Of a stretch of 64,000 bases of DNA, positions 15,738-25,155 are shown piece by piece (position 1 is the stretch's first letter; the number at the start of each line of letters is the position of its first letter). The DNA comes from a virus. Taxonomy: Duplodnaviria; Caudoviricetes. Under the pieces are notes generated by a model, which was not told where the DNA came from, did no database searches, and saw nothing but the letters and a program-made list of their open reading frames with translations. Location: positions 1-64,000 of IMG/VR virus record IMGVR_UViG_3300033074_000977. One strand, 5' to 3'. The translations under genes and the position numbers were made by a program.

Positions 15738-15766
15738 TTGACAGCCTGTCCGTCAACTGATATACT
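15738..15766 (+). promoter_or_regulatory. sigma70-type promoter for the recombination/replication operon
   Basis: TTGACA, 17 nt, TATACT; operator TGACAG-N5-CCGTCA at 15739-15755. Confidence 0.8.
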
Positions 15767-15776
15767 TACAACCATT

Positions 15777-16091
15777 ATGAGCAATCAATCCGGCGCTAGG
15801 ACCGCCCTTACAACCATCCTTACTTCGTCAAGTGCTGCCGTGCCAACAACCACCGACCAACGCGTCCGGGTCTTTCGACTCCGCGTACTCAACTGCACTG
15901 ACTTCGACCATTACACCACACTCTACTGCCGCGCGGGTCGTAACCAATTCGAGCACGACATCTACTTCAACCCTGACACCGAGGAGAAGTTATTCGATGC
16001 GGTGCGGGCCGGGAAGGTGCCGTTGGATAAGGTATCGGTAGGGGAGGTGATTGGGTGGCTGATGGAGCGGGGGATTGAGAGTTTAGGTTAG
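15777..16091 (+). CDS. hypothetical protein (near-leaderless)
   Basis: ATG 15777 in frame with ORF 15738..16091, whose TTG start is the promoter -35. Confidence 0.65.
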   Translation: MSNQSGARTALTTILTSSSAAVPTTTDQRVRVFRLRVLNCTDFDHYTTLYCRAGRNQFEHDIYFNPDTEEKLFDAVRAGKVPLDKVSVGEVIGWLMERGIESLG

Positions 16092-16104
16092 GGAGTGTAG
16101 TGTT

Positions 16105-16311
16105 ATGACTCCGTATCAAAAGTTAAAAGCTAGACGCGAGCGTTTGAAAGCCGAAGGCCGCTGCATAGATTGCACAGAGGATCGGGGAGCTGATGGAACA
16201 TCAACCCGTTGCCGTAAATGTGCGGATAAGTGCAACCACGCAACGGGCATAAAACCCGCAGCGAATCTGTACGTATGTTTCGATGATGTAGATAGATTAG
16301 TTACCAAGTAA
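16105..16311 (+). CDS. small zinc-finger protein
   Basis: EGRCIDC...RCRKC; resembles the repeats of 5075..5536. Confidence 0.65.
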   Translation: MTPYQKLKARRERLKAEGRCIDCTEDRGADGTSTRCRKCADKCNHATGIKPAANLYVCFDDVDRLVTK

Positions 16312-16324
16312 GGAGATTCACCTG

Positions 16325-17749
16325 ATGTTAGCGATTAGAAAAGAACTACCTGTGATCTACACAGACCGTAGCCGGATTGAAACCGGCCAGCGCTGCCTAC
16401 GTAAGCGCTATTGGGAGTACCATTACCAACTGCCCACAATGCTACACGCTGGGCTACAACCCGCTAAGCCAGCGCTGGAGCTGACGGTTGGGTCGGCGGT
16501 GCATAAGGGGGTGGAGCTGTTACTTCAAGCAGCCATGACCTTGGATTACACACCCCCACTAAATAGTATAGATTTAGATACGGCTATCTTTGCGGGGTTG
16601 GCCGACTTCGATGCAGCTTGGCAACCCTGGCTGGAGCAATCCGATGCCTTCCAGGATAGCAGTGAAAGTAACCAGCTGCTATCCTACCAACTCACCGAAG
16701 CACGCGCGCTAATAGAAGCTTTAATCGCAGCGTTCTACTACGCACCGACAGGCTTACAACTACTCACAGAAAACTACGAGATCCTGGCAGTTGAACAGGA
16801 GATCGCGGTACCCCTTACCGACTGGCTGGTATTGAACTCTCGCCCGGATGCTATCCTGCGTCACCGTCGCACCGGGCAGTACTTCCCGTGGTCGTTGAAG
16901 ACCGCTAAGTCATGGGATGATCGTACCAACCAGCAGGCTGATGTAGATAACCAAGGGATCAGCGAGAGTGTTAGCACCGAATACTGGTTGAATCGCTATC
17001 CCGCTCCGCAACTCGAAGGTGCTGGTGGAGATTACACCGTCGCGGGGGTGCTGATGTGCTACCTCATCAAAGGCGAAAAACGCGCGGACGACTTCGGTAT
17101 CTACCGCACCAACTCTCCGTTGATCCGCCCCTACTTCAACACCGGTGCCTTCGACCCTACCGACCTAGCCCAGTACGCACCGTCCAATAAATGGACTTGC
17201 ACTGAGGAACACGAATGGAAAGGGGCGCGATTTGGCTACACAGTCAACGGCAAGAACGGTTGCCCGGGTGGTAAGAACCATATGCGCGGGGATAGCTGGC
17301 AGCAGGTGAATATCTGGGAACAGGGTGTGCGTGTGCAGGATTGGGTGAAGGAGCTATTCGAGCAGCAGCCTGAGCTGGGTGAGAAGTTCGTGCAGGTGCC
17401 TGCACCGTATCGGAGGGAGCGGGAGGAGCTGGAAAGCTGGATAGCCGAGCGAATCTTCCAGGAGCGTAGACTGGCGGATGGGACTGAAGTGATACATACT
17501 GGGTTATTATCAGATGTTACTACCATTCCTGGGTATGAAACTAGAAGTATCCTAGCTTCGCACTTTCCGATGTCACGCACGAGCTGCGTGTACCCTTGGA
17601 AGTGCAATGCACACTCTCTGTGCCATGCGGGAGGAGGTAGTAGATTGCTAGATCCAAACCTATTCTATGGCGAAAATTTGCTGGAATCTGAAAGTATCCC
17701 ACAGGAGTTAGGTTATGCTTCACGAGTCCCAAACCATCCCGAAACCTAA
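16325..17749 (+). CDS. Cas4/RecB-like PD-(D/E)xK exonuclease
   Basis: S.I.....C.RK.Y, GSAVH, AVEQE, RPD, SLKT; C-terminal C-x5-C-x5-C Fe-S-type cysteines. Confidence 0.75.
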   Translation: MLAIRKELPVIYTDRSRIETGQRCLRKRYWEYHYQLPTMLHAGLQPAKPALELTVGSAVHKGVELLLQAAMTLDYTPPLNSIDLDTAIFAGLADFDAAWQPWLEQSDAFQDSSESNQLLSYQLTEARALIEALIAAFYYAPTGLQLLTENYEILAVEQEIAVPLTDWLVLNSRPDAILRHRRTGQYFPWSLKTAKSWDDRTNQQADVDNQGISESVSTEYWLNRYPAPQLEGAGGDYTVAGVLMCYLIKGEKRADDFGIYRTNSPLIRPYFNTGAFDPTDLAQYAPSNKWTCTEEHEWKGARFGYTVNGKNGCPGGKNHMRGDSWQQVNIWEQGVRVQDWVKELFEQQPELGEKFVQVPAPYRREREELESWIAERIFQERRLADGTEVIHTGLLSDVTTIPGYETRSILASHFPMSRTSCVYPWKCNAHSLCHAGGGSRLLDPNLFYGENLLESESIPQELGYASRVPNHPET

Positions 17750-18464
17750 ATTTGAACTATTTGTTGGTGCGAAAATAGGTCGCCTCACCATTATTGGTGA
17801 ACGTGTTAGGTATAAAGAGACATTTAAGCACCCTTGTAGATGTATTTGCGGTAAAGAAGTGCTGATAATTCAGCAAAATCTTCGTACCGGGAAGGCCCAG
17901 TCATGTGGGTGCAGAGCAATTGAGGGTCGCACAAAACACGGACATCGAATATCCGGTAAGCGAGATCCAGAGTACTATACCTGGGTGTCAATGAAAGATC
18001 GTTGTTTGAATCCACGCAATAAACAATACGCTAACTATGGCGGGCGCGGAATATCTGTGTGCGAAGAATGGGTCGCTAGCTATGAAGAATTCTTAAATGC
18101 TGTGGGTAGACGGCCCTCTAATAAACACTCCTTAGATAGATACCCTAACAACGATGGTAACTACGAACCCGGGAATGTGCGTTGGGCCACTCAAACTGAA
18201 CAAGCCCGTAATAGGCGAAATAATGTACTAATCGCATTCAGGGATCAAGCAAAGTGTTTGATGGATTGGTGCAGGGAATTCAACTTGCCTTTTCCGGTCG
18301 TGCGTGTGCGGTTGAGTGAACTTGGCTGGACCATAGAAGCTGCACTTACGACTCCCATAGATGCGGTTAATAGATCAGACAGCTCAAGAAAGAGTTGGAT
18401 AACTAGAAAGGCTAACTTAGCCAAGTTAAAAGAGAGCGAGGTAACAACCGATGTCAACAGCTAA
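17715..18464 (+). CDS. HNH-type putative homing endonuclease
   Basis: Y..W.SMKDRC.NP....Y.NYGGRGI.VC..W...SLDR..NNDGNYEPGNVRWAT. Confidence 0.85.
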   Translation: MLHESQTIPKPKFELFVGAKIGRLTIIGERVRYKETFKHPCRCICGKEVLIIQQNLRTGKAQSCGCRAIEGRTKHGHRISGKRDPEYYTWVSMKDRCLNPRNKQYANYGGRGISVCEEWVASYEEFLNAVGRRPSNKHSLDRYPNNDGNYEPGNVRWATQTEQARNRRNNVLIAFRDQAKCLMDWCREFNLPFPVVRVRLSELGWTIEAALTTPIDAVNRSDSSRKSWITRKANLAKLKESEVTTDVNS

Positions 18465-18759
18465 GAACATAATGTCTATCACCTCCCTACGCCGCACCAT
18501 CCAGCGTATGGAGCAACTAACCGCACCCGTCGCCGGAACCAACTCCGAACGTCGCAAGCGTCATCGCCGCTGGCAGATGTTACTAGGTAAACTAGGCGAG
18601 GAAGCTAAGGCGCTCGCGCATCAACAGGTGTTAGACATCTTCTACAGCAGCGGCTCCATCGACGCACAAACTGCCTGTAATATGTACATCTACGGAAAGG
18701 AAGCAATCGAAAATGCCAAACCCATCGGAACTGAACCAACACATCCTGCAAGTAGCTGA
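18451..18759 (+). CDS. hypothetical protein
   Basis: ORF within the operon. Confidence 0.6.
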   Translation: MSTAKNIMSITSLRRTIQRMEQLTAPVAGTNSERRKRHRRWQMLLGKLGEEAKALAHQQVLDIFYSSGSIDAQTACNMYIYGKEAIENAKPIGTEPTHPASS

Positions 18760-19057
18760 CCAGCAGCACATCGACAACCCAGCTCACTTGCTGGTCGAAT
18801 CAATGGCCTCGCCGCAACTCGTGGCCAACTCAGAAGCTGGTCGGAATAACTTCGACGCGGAGGCTATTCGGAAACTCAAGGGCGCGGGCCATAACTACGA
18901 CGATACGTTAACCTTGGAGCAGAACTTAGCGAAGCTGCACCCCAGTAAATCTAAACCGGAAGACCTGGAGCGGTTGAACAGTCAGCTGGGGAACACTGTC
19001 GTCGTAGATGAACACATCTCAGGCGGCGGCGGGAACTTTTGGACTGCGCGCTGGTAG
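18713..19057 (+). CDS. hypothetical protein
   Basis: AAGGA SD; overlaps previous ORF by 47 nt. Confidence 0.6.
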   Translation: MPNPSELNQHILQVADQQHIDNPAHLLVESMASPQLVANSEAGRNNFDAEAIRKLKGAGHNYDDTLTLEQNLAKLHPSKSKPEDLERLNSQLGNTVVVDEHISGGGGNFWTARW

Positions 19058-19064
19058 TTTAGCT

Positions 19065-19172
19065 ATGCCAGCTACTATCTGTGAACTCAAAGGACACGCC
19101 TACCGATTACTCAAAGGATTCGGCAGGTACTACTGGAAGTGCGACCGTTGTGGGAAAGTACTAAATAACTAA
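19065..19172 (+). CDS. small zinc-ribbon peptide (35 aa)
   Basis: Hand-translated C...GH...W.C.RCG pattern. Confidence 0.5.
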   Translation: MPATICELKGHAYRLLKGFGRYYWKCDRCGKVLNN

Positions 19173-19186
19173 GGAGACTAACCCAA

Positions 19187-20200
19187 ATGCCCGAAGTAAC
19201 AGAACAACAAAAAATCAATAACTCCCTAATGATGTATAGTTATAGTGGCTGCGGCAAGACACGCGAATGCGGTGCTATCGCAGATTATTATTACTTCAAA
19301 ACAGGTGGCAAGCGCGTTCGCTACATCACTGCCGACACAGGCGGCTGGCAGCCGATTCAACCTTACATCGACGCCGGAATGATCGACGCTGTTAGTATCG
19401 CCGGACACCCGGACTTTCTCCATGTCCTACGCGGGTTATCAGAAGGCTACTGGCTAACCACTGAAGGTAAGTTGATCCCTGAGAAGGGCCGCCTAGCTGA
19501 TACTGGGTTAATCATCATCGAATCCCTCACCTCCATCTGCCAGGAGATCATGGGTTACTACCAGGATAACCGCTTGAAATTCGCGCAGGATCTGGTAGCG
19601 GTGCAGCAAGTGCGCTCCCACGACCCTGAGTTGGATAAGATTCTTGGGGCACAGACGATTTCAGCAGTAGCACAGGCGCATTATTCAGGGTTGCGGGATG
19701 AATTGTTTGGTAGGATCCGAGATTTCCAGCGACTAATTGCACAGGGCGTAGATGGATTGGTGTTCACCTCGCACGAGAGTTCAGGGCAGGAGTCAATCGC
19801 CGGGATCAAACGCACCCAGCTGGGTATTGGCGCATTGGGTCAAGCGATTAGCCCAGCCCTACCGCAGCGCTTCGGGGATCTGATCCACCTGGACACGATC
19901 ACGGTGAATAACAAGCTGGAGTATCGGGCGTACTTCCAACCACACCAGGATGCTGAGCTGCGCCGTGAATGGCCTGCTCGGTTGCGCACGGATGCCAGCT
20001 TGAACAAAGCGATACTTGAACATCCCGATTTCAAGCAGGGGTATTTGGTACTGACTGATGAGGCGGATCCCACTCAGCGGCAGGGGATTACCAAGCTGTT
20101 GAGATTCAGGGATCAGTTGCAGAGTAACGCGGCGGATAAGATTCGTGCACGGATGGCTGCGGCGAAGACAGCTACTGAAGGAGCTGTTACTAATGGCTAG
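19187..20200 (+). CDS. AAA_24/Sak4-like ATPase (putative recombinase)
   Basis: P-loop YSYSGCGKT; IIIESLT Walker B-like; FTSHE; beside the exonuclease and SSB-like genes. Confidence 0.7.
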   Translation: MPEVTEQQKINNSLMMYSYSGCGKTRECGAIADYYYFKTGGKRVRYITADTGGWQPIQPYIDAGMIDAVSIAGHPDFLHVLRGLSEGYWLTTEGKLIPEKGRLADTGLIIIESLTSICQEIMGYYQDNRLKFAQDLVAVQQVRSHDPELDKILGAQTISAVAQAHYSGLRDELFGRIRDFQRLIAQGVDGLVFTSHESSGQESIAGIKRTQLGIGALGQAISPALPQRFGDLIHLDTITVNNKLEYRAYFQPHQDAELRREWPARLRTDASLNKAILEHPDFKQGYLVLTDEADPTQRQGITKLLRFRDQLQSNAADKIRARMAAAKTATEGAVTNG

Positions 20201-20450
20201 TGTAGAGTTGTGGCTAGATGTCATCTACAAGCTAACTAATGACGAAGCCCGACTAATAGGCTTAGCATTAACACATACAGCTAATGATGAAGCTTATAAG
20301 CTGTCCAGAAGTCAGGACAAAGAGGCTATGGCTAGCTTAAACAACAGGCTACTGGAGCTGCGTAAATTGAAGTTACTGGAAGCGGTTAAAGTTACGGAAG
20401 CCGCGCAGCAGCGTATAGCGAAAGCTGCTGAAGGAGGTGATGCCAAGTGA
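20193..20450 (+). CDS. hypothetical protein
   Basis: ATG 20193 after AAGGAG SD. Confidence 0.65.
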   Translation: MASVELWLDVIYKLTNDEARLIGLALTHTANDEAYKLSRSQDKEAMASLNNRLLELRKLKLLEAVKVTEAAQQRIAKAAEGGDAK

Positions 20451-20585
20451 ATGAAATTAGCATAGTCCCAAAGACCATTGGGCTTTCCCGGGGGATACGC
20501 ATCCGGTAAAACACGCTAAACCGATACAACTCAACTCGATTAACTCGATAACAACCAACAACGATAACAAAGGACAACAACAACC

Positions 20586-21362
20586 ATGAACAACTTAGAT
20601 AACAACACAACCGATTCGTTCGACATCAACAACCCCAACCTCGCCGCCGAAGGCGAAGGCATCGAAGGCTTTGACCCGAACGCCGACTCCAACGCCCCGC
20701 CGAAACCTCCCAACGCCGGAGCCTACCTCCTCCAACTCGACTTCGCTGAAGCTGAAGTAGAGAAGCGGTTCAAACATGGCAGCAAGGATGACCCTACCAA
20801 GGATCAACTGATGACTTCCTTCACCGCCACCATCGTAGGCTGCGACAAGCAGGACTACGAGGAGAAGCATTGGCAGGGTCGGAAGATCGGCGGGAAGTCC
20901 GGGTTCATCGTGGGTAGCTGGACCGTCCGTGGCCAACGTGGTACCTCCGGCTACGGCGATCTGCTCAAGGCTTACGGGTTGAAACCCAAGCAACTGGCCG
21001 GGTTGGCAGGCGCGGGTGGACAGAAGCGCTGGGAGGATACCCCGGTCGAAGAGCTGATCACTGACTGCGTACTGTCCGGTCAACCAGTCCGAGCCTACTG
21101 CGACTGGGAGTGGGCTGGTTCCACCAAGGAACTGATCGACCCCAACACTGGTAAACCTTACTACATCCGCTTCGACTACAAGGACGATCAGCTGAAGAAC
21201 GTCCCGCAGGGGATGAAGGCGGCGAAGGATGATGGTAAGGGTGGGAAGCTGCACCAGCAGACTTTCCACTTCCAGTCACCGGATGGTGAGGGTAGTGAGG
21301 ATGTGCAGCTGTTTGCGAGTCTGCGGGTGGAGCGGTTTATGCCGCCGAAGGCTGGGCAGTAG
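20586..21362 (+). CDS. ssDNA-binding-like protein (DUF669-like)
   Basis: Acidic N-terminus, P..G.Y OB-fold-type start; position in the recombination module. Confidence 0.5.
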   Translation: MNNLDNNTTDSFDINNPNLAAEGEGIEGFDPNADSNAPPKPPNAGAYLLQLDFAEAEVEKRFKHGSKDDPTKDQLMTSFTATIVGCDKQDYEEKHWQGRKIGGKSGFIVGSWTVRGQRGTSGYGDLLKAYGLKPKQLAGLAGAGGQKRWEDTPVEELITDCVLSGQPVRAYCDWEWAGSTKELIDPNTGKPYYIRFDYKDDQLKNVPQGMKAAKDDGKGGKLHQQTFHFQSPDGEGSEDVQLFASLRVERFMPPKAGQ

Positions 21363-21425
21363 GGTAGCTGCCGGATTAACCGTCAACGACTTACCATCAC
21401 AGTTCCTTCTCTCGTCTAACTAAAA

Positions 21426-21480
21426 AGATCCCAGGTTAGGTTAGCTTCACAACCTACCCCAGCCTGGGATCTGATTTTTT
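21426..21480 (+). terminator. intrinsic terminator-like hairpin
   Basis: AGATCCCAGGTT/AGCCTGGGATCT, inner AGGTT/AACCT, followed by GATTTTTT and preceded by an A-run. Confidence 0.65.
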
Positions 21481-21502
21481 CCTACTCAGAGGTATCTCAC
21501 CT

Positions 21503-24052
21503 ATGGAAACCCAAGAAATCATCGACCATTTCGAGCGGCTCCGCTGCACTGCCAAGTACCCTGTCTTCTACTTAACTGGGCAGGCAGGCACCGGCAAAAC
21601 GTACACCATCAAACAAGCTATCGAGCAACAACCGAACTTCGCGCAGCTCGCAGCATCCACCGGTATCGCAGGCGTGAACCTGGGCACCACCACCATCAAC
21701 CAAGTGCTGAAATATTTCAACACTGACTCGCTGCTGGACTCCTACCAATCCGGGCAGCTGACTATGAACTTACGTAAAGTGCGCAAGTTCAACCGCTTTC
21801 TGGTGATCGACGAAGCATCAATGATCCCCTATCAACAGCTGGATATATTCCTCTGGGCGTTGGATGAGATCAATGCTGATGTGGAGGATGACGCGCGGTT
21901 AGGTTTAATCCTCATCGGAGATTTTTGCTTGGGTTACGGCACTAAAGTGATGATGGCCGATGGTAGCCTAAAAGTTGTTGAAGACATTAAAGCAGGCGAT
22001 CAAGTAATGGGACCGGATAGCAAGCCCCGCAATGTGCTCAGAACTACGACAGGATTGGATACTTTGTATCAAGTTAACCAGACTAACGGTGATTCTTATG
22101 TAGTTAATTCTAAACACCCAATTGTACTGCGGCGTAGTAAGGATGGTAAAGCTTCGTGCGATGGGCGTTGGCCCAGATACCCTGACTACGCTGATAACTT
22201 AACGTTAACTGCGCCGGAACTGCTGTTAAAATCCGATAAATTTCGTTCGTGTTTCTTTGGGTATAAAGCAGGCGTGGTTAAGTTTCCTGTGCGACAGGCA
22301 CCTACTTTAGATCCGTATTTTGTAGGCTTATGGCTAGGCGATGGCGACAAAGATGCGCCTCGAATAACTACGGCTGACCCGGAAATTGTAGATTACTTGG
22401 AATCCTTGTCGAATGTGTACGGATTGAATCTCACAATTAGTGGGTGGGATAGAACATCCGCAGTACGGATAGGAATTACACATGGGAAATCCAAGGGTAA
22501 TATTCCCAACCCTATACGAACCAAACTAAGCGCGTTAAGCTTGTTCAATAGCAAGCACATACCTGATGATTATTTGTATGCCATAGAAGCTGCTAGGTTG
22601 GATCTACTTGCAGGACTTATAGATTCTGACGGAAGCTTTACAGGTAATCGTTACACCATTGCTTGTGGGATAGAAAAGTTGGCTCACCAAATAAAACAAC
22701 TAGCTGATCAATTAGGTTTCAGGTCTACTATTCAACCAGTAAAAAGCGGGCCATACGCCAACAATCCAAATAAGTCTATGTGGAGGATTTCAATTGGGGG
22801 TGACACTTGGAGAATCCCCTGTAAGGTTGCCAGAAAAGTATCCAACCCTAGATCACTTGGACGCACGCGCATAGAGTCTAAGGTTTCAATTGAACGGTTA
22901 GGGCGCGGTTTGTATGCAGGATTTGAAACCGATGGTGATCATTTGTTTCTGCTGGCAGACGGTACTGTTACCCATAACTGCCAGCTCCCCCCAGTCCCGG
23001 GCAATCTCATCGTCGCGGGCAAACCAGTCCTAACCAAAGATGGTCAGCGCAACGTCAAGGAACCTACCCCCTGGGCGTTTAAGTCTGAGTTGTGGAGTAG
23101 GTTCGAGGAAGAAGGCCATATTATTAAGCTGGAAAAGATCTACCGACAATCCGATCCGACCTTCCTCAATGGTATTAACGCCATCCGCAAGGGACTGGGT
23201 AAATCAGGAGTGAGTTACCTCGCCGCCGCTGGGGTTGAGTTCACGCGCGAGCTGGATAACTACTTCGACGGCACCACCATCGTAGGCAAGAACGAGGAAG
23301 TAGATCGGATTAACAAGATCCGGTTGAACCAGCTGGAAGGTAAGACCCAGCAGCTACCTAGTACACGCTGGTGGGCAGGGGAAGTGTTGGGCTGGAAACA
23401 ACCCAGCGAATGGCAGTACATCCCCGAGCAGTTGGAGTTAAAGCTGGGTGCGTATGTGATGATATTGAGTAACTTGAAGGATCCGCTGACAGGGCGGATG
23501 GAAGCTGCGAATGGAGATTGTGGGTGGGTCAGGGAGATCACTCAGCTGCGTGTGCCTGTGTATGGTGCGCCAGATCCTGAGTCTGATGATCCCACAGCAC
23601 CTCCTACGATTATCTCAGAGGAGATCCAGTGGGTGGTGCGCGTAGAGTTAGTCCGCCGCCCTGATGAACTCGTCACCATCCCAGTAGTCAAACGCAACAT
23701 CGAATCTCGGCATGACGTTGACGACGTACTTAAAACACATCCTAAATTCAACCGCGACGAAGCTGGCAACCCTAAGAAGATCCGTAATTCAATGGGTCGG
23801 TCGGTCTGGTGTTTAGGCACGATTGAATACTTCCCATTGCGGTTGGCTTACGCTACTACTACACACAAGTCGCAAGGGTTGTCATTGGACAGGATCCAGA
23901 TTGATCCGCGCGGGCACTTTATGGGACAACCGGCTATGGCGTATGTAGCGTTGAGTCGCGGGCGCACGCCGGAAGGGATTAAGATCGTGGGGAATAGTAG
24001 TTTATTTGCGGAGCGGGTGCGGCTTGATGAGGCTGTGCGGCGCTTCGTTTAG
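21503..24052 (+). CDS. Pif1/RecD-like SF1B helicase interrupted by an intein
   Basis: TGQAGTGKT, ASTGIAG, IDEASM, GDF^CQLPPV, AYATTTHKSQG, YVALSRGR. Confidence 0.9.
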   Translation: METQEIIDHFERLRCTAKYPVFYLTGQAGTGKTYTIKQAIEQQPNFAQLAASTGIAGVNLGTTTINQVLKYFNTDSLLDSYQSGQLTMNLRKVRKFNRFLVIDEASMIPYQQLDIFLWALDEINADVEDDARLGLILIGDFCLGYGTKVMMADGSLKVVEDIKAGDQVMGPDSKPRNVLRTTTGLDTLYQVNQTNGDSYVVNSKHPIVLRRSKDGKASCDGRWPRYPDYADNLTLTAPELLLKSDKFRSCFFGYKAGVVKFPVRQAPTLDPYFVGLWLGDGDKDAPRITTADPEIVDYLESLSNVYGLNLTISGWDRTSAVRIGITHGKSKGNIPNPIRTKLSALSLFNSKHIPDDYLYAIEAARLDLLAGLIDSDGSFTGNRYTIACGIEKLAHQIKQLADQLGFRSTIQPVKSGPYANNPNKSMWRISIGGDTWRIPCKVARKVSNPRSLGRTRIESKVSIERLGRGLYAGFETDGDHLFLLADGTVTHNCQLPPVPGNLIVAGKPVLTKDGQRNVKEPTPWAFKSELWSRFEEEGHIIKLEKIYRQSDPTFLNGINAIRKGLGKSGVSYLAAAGVEFTRELDNYFDGTTIVGKNEEVDRINKIRLNQLEGKTQQLPSTRWWAGEVLGWKQPSEWQYIPEQLELKLGAYVMILSNLKDPLTGRMEAANGDCGWVREITQLRVPVYGAPDPESDDPTAPPTIISEEIQWVVRVELVRRPDELVTIPVVKRNIESRHDVDDVLKTHPKFNRDEAGNPKKIRNSMGRSVWCLGTIEYFPLRLAYATTTHKSQGLSLDRIQIDPRGHFMGQPAMAYVALSRGRTPEGIKIVGNSSLFAERVRLDEAVRRFV
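21926..22978 (+). mobile_element. intein with LAGLIDADG homing endonuclease (351 aa)
   Basis: Starts CLGYGTKVMMADG, ends VTHN before Cys+1; motifs VGLWLGDG and LAGLIDSDG; inserted in helicase motif III. Confidence 0.92.
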
Positions 24053-24066
24053 GGGGAGGCAATACA

Positions 24067-24504
24067 ATGAAACTATCAGAAATCGAACACCGTATTTTGG
24101 CGCTTGAACATGCGCTGAGTAACTTACAACAATGCCCAGCGGATCCGTGTCATGTGCATTACGCAGCAGCGGCGGAGGCTGAGGCTGAGGCTGAACCTAA
24201 GTACGATGTCACTCAGGAGAATTGGCGAGTAGGCTATGTAGGAGATTCCGGGGTACTAGTAACTAGTGTAGACCCCATCAAACCACTGCAAGTTTGCCAA
24301 GCCCCGGAATCCTGGATGCGCGGACGCAAGCATTGGCCCCAACGCAGGGCGCTGATCGCCCACGCACCGGAGATGTACCGACAGTTAGATAACCTCGAAC
24401 AACTCATTCGCTATGCCCCAATGACCTCCAAGCTAATGCAAGCTTACACAGGTTTACGACAGTTACTGGACACCATTCAAAAGGAGCTAAAAGAAAATGA
24501 ATAA
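24067..24504 (+). CDS. hypothetical protein
   Basis: GGAGG SD. Confidence 0.7.
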   Translation: MKLSEIEHRILALEHALSNLQQCPADPCHVHYAAAAEAEAEAEPKYDVTQENWRVGYVGDSGVLVTSVDPIKPLQVCQAPESWMRGRKHWPQRRALIAHAPEMYRQLDNLEQLIRYAPMTSKLMQAYTGLRQLLDTIQKELKENE

Positions 24505-24892
24505 CAACCAACCCGCACAACCATCGCAGTCACCTAACATCAACCCTGACTCTAACCCTAACCTACGCTTCATCCAACAAGCCCTATCCAACACCTTGGA
24601 ACCATCCGTCCCACCCATAGAACGCGTGGACATGCTGGCAGCTATCGCTTTGGTCCTGCTGGAAAAAGCAAAACTCTCCGGTGAGGCAGAATCAACCTTC
24701 CTTGAACATATTATGCTAGCGCAGTATGGAACGTCTGCGGAATGGGCGGAGCATCGGAATTGCATAGCCAAGTTGCACATGGCTACTGCCGAGATTGCGA
24801 TGCAAAGGCTTACTGCTATGGAACAGGCCGACAATTCTAACAACGACACCACTGATAACTTTGAATTTCCGGAGGAGCTTAATACATTATGA
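24497..24892 (+). CDS. hypothetical protein
   Basis: AAGGAG SD; overlaps upstream stop. Confidence 0.7.
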   Translation: MNNNQPAQPSQSPNINPDSNPNLRFIQQALSNTLEPSVPPIERVDMLAAIALVLLEKAKLSGEAESTFLEHIMLAQYGTSAEWAEHRNCIAKLHMATAEIAMQRLTAMEQADNSNNDTTDNFEFPEELNTL

Positions 24893-25149
24893 CTACCGAC
24901 CAATCCACCCAACTACCGCAACCACCCGCCCACTCCGCTGTCAACATAACCACCGAGCGCGTCATCCGCCTCGACGCACCGAATTTCCTCAAGGATCCAC
25001 TCGGGTACACGCGTGCTTTACCCAAGCAGATCCCGGTCGTGGTGCCAGCTGAACCCGTCCATTTTAAGGAATGGCTGGACGCAGAGATCGGGCAGCTGGT
25101 TAAATGTGAGGATTTCTTCGATTACCTGGATCGGTTTCTGGAGGAGTAA
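24889..25149 (+). CDS. hypothetical protein
   Basis: ATGA overlap; GGAGGAG SD. Confidence 0.7.
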   Translation: MTTDQSTQLPQPPAHSAVNITTERVIRLDAPNFLKDPLGYTRALPKQIPVVVPAEPVHFKEWLDAEIGQLVKCEDFFDYLDRFLEE

Positions 25150-25155
25150 CTATTT

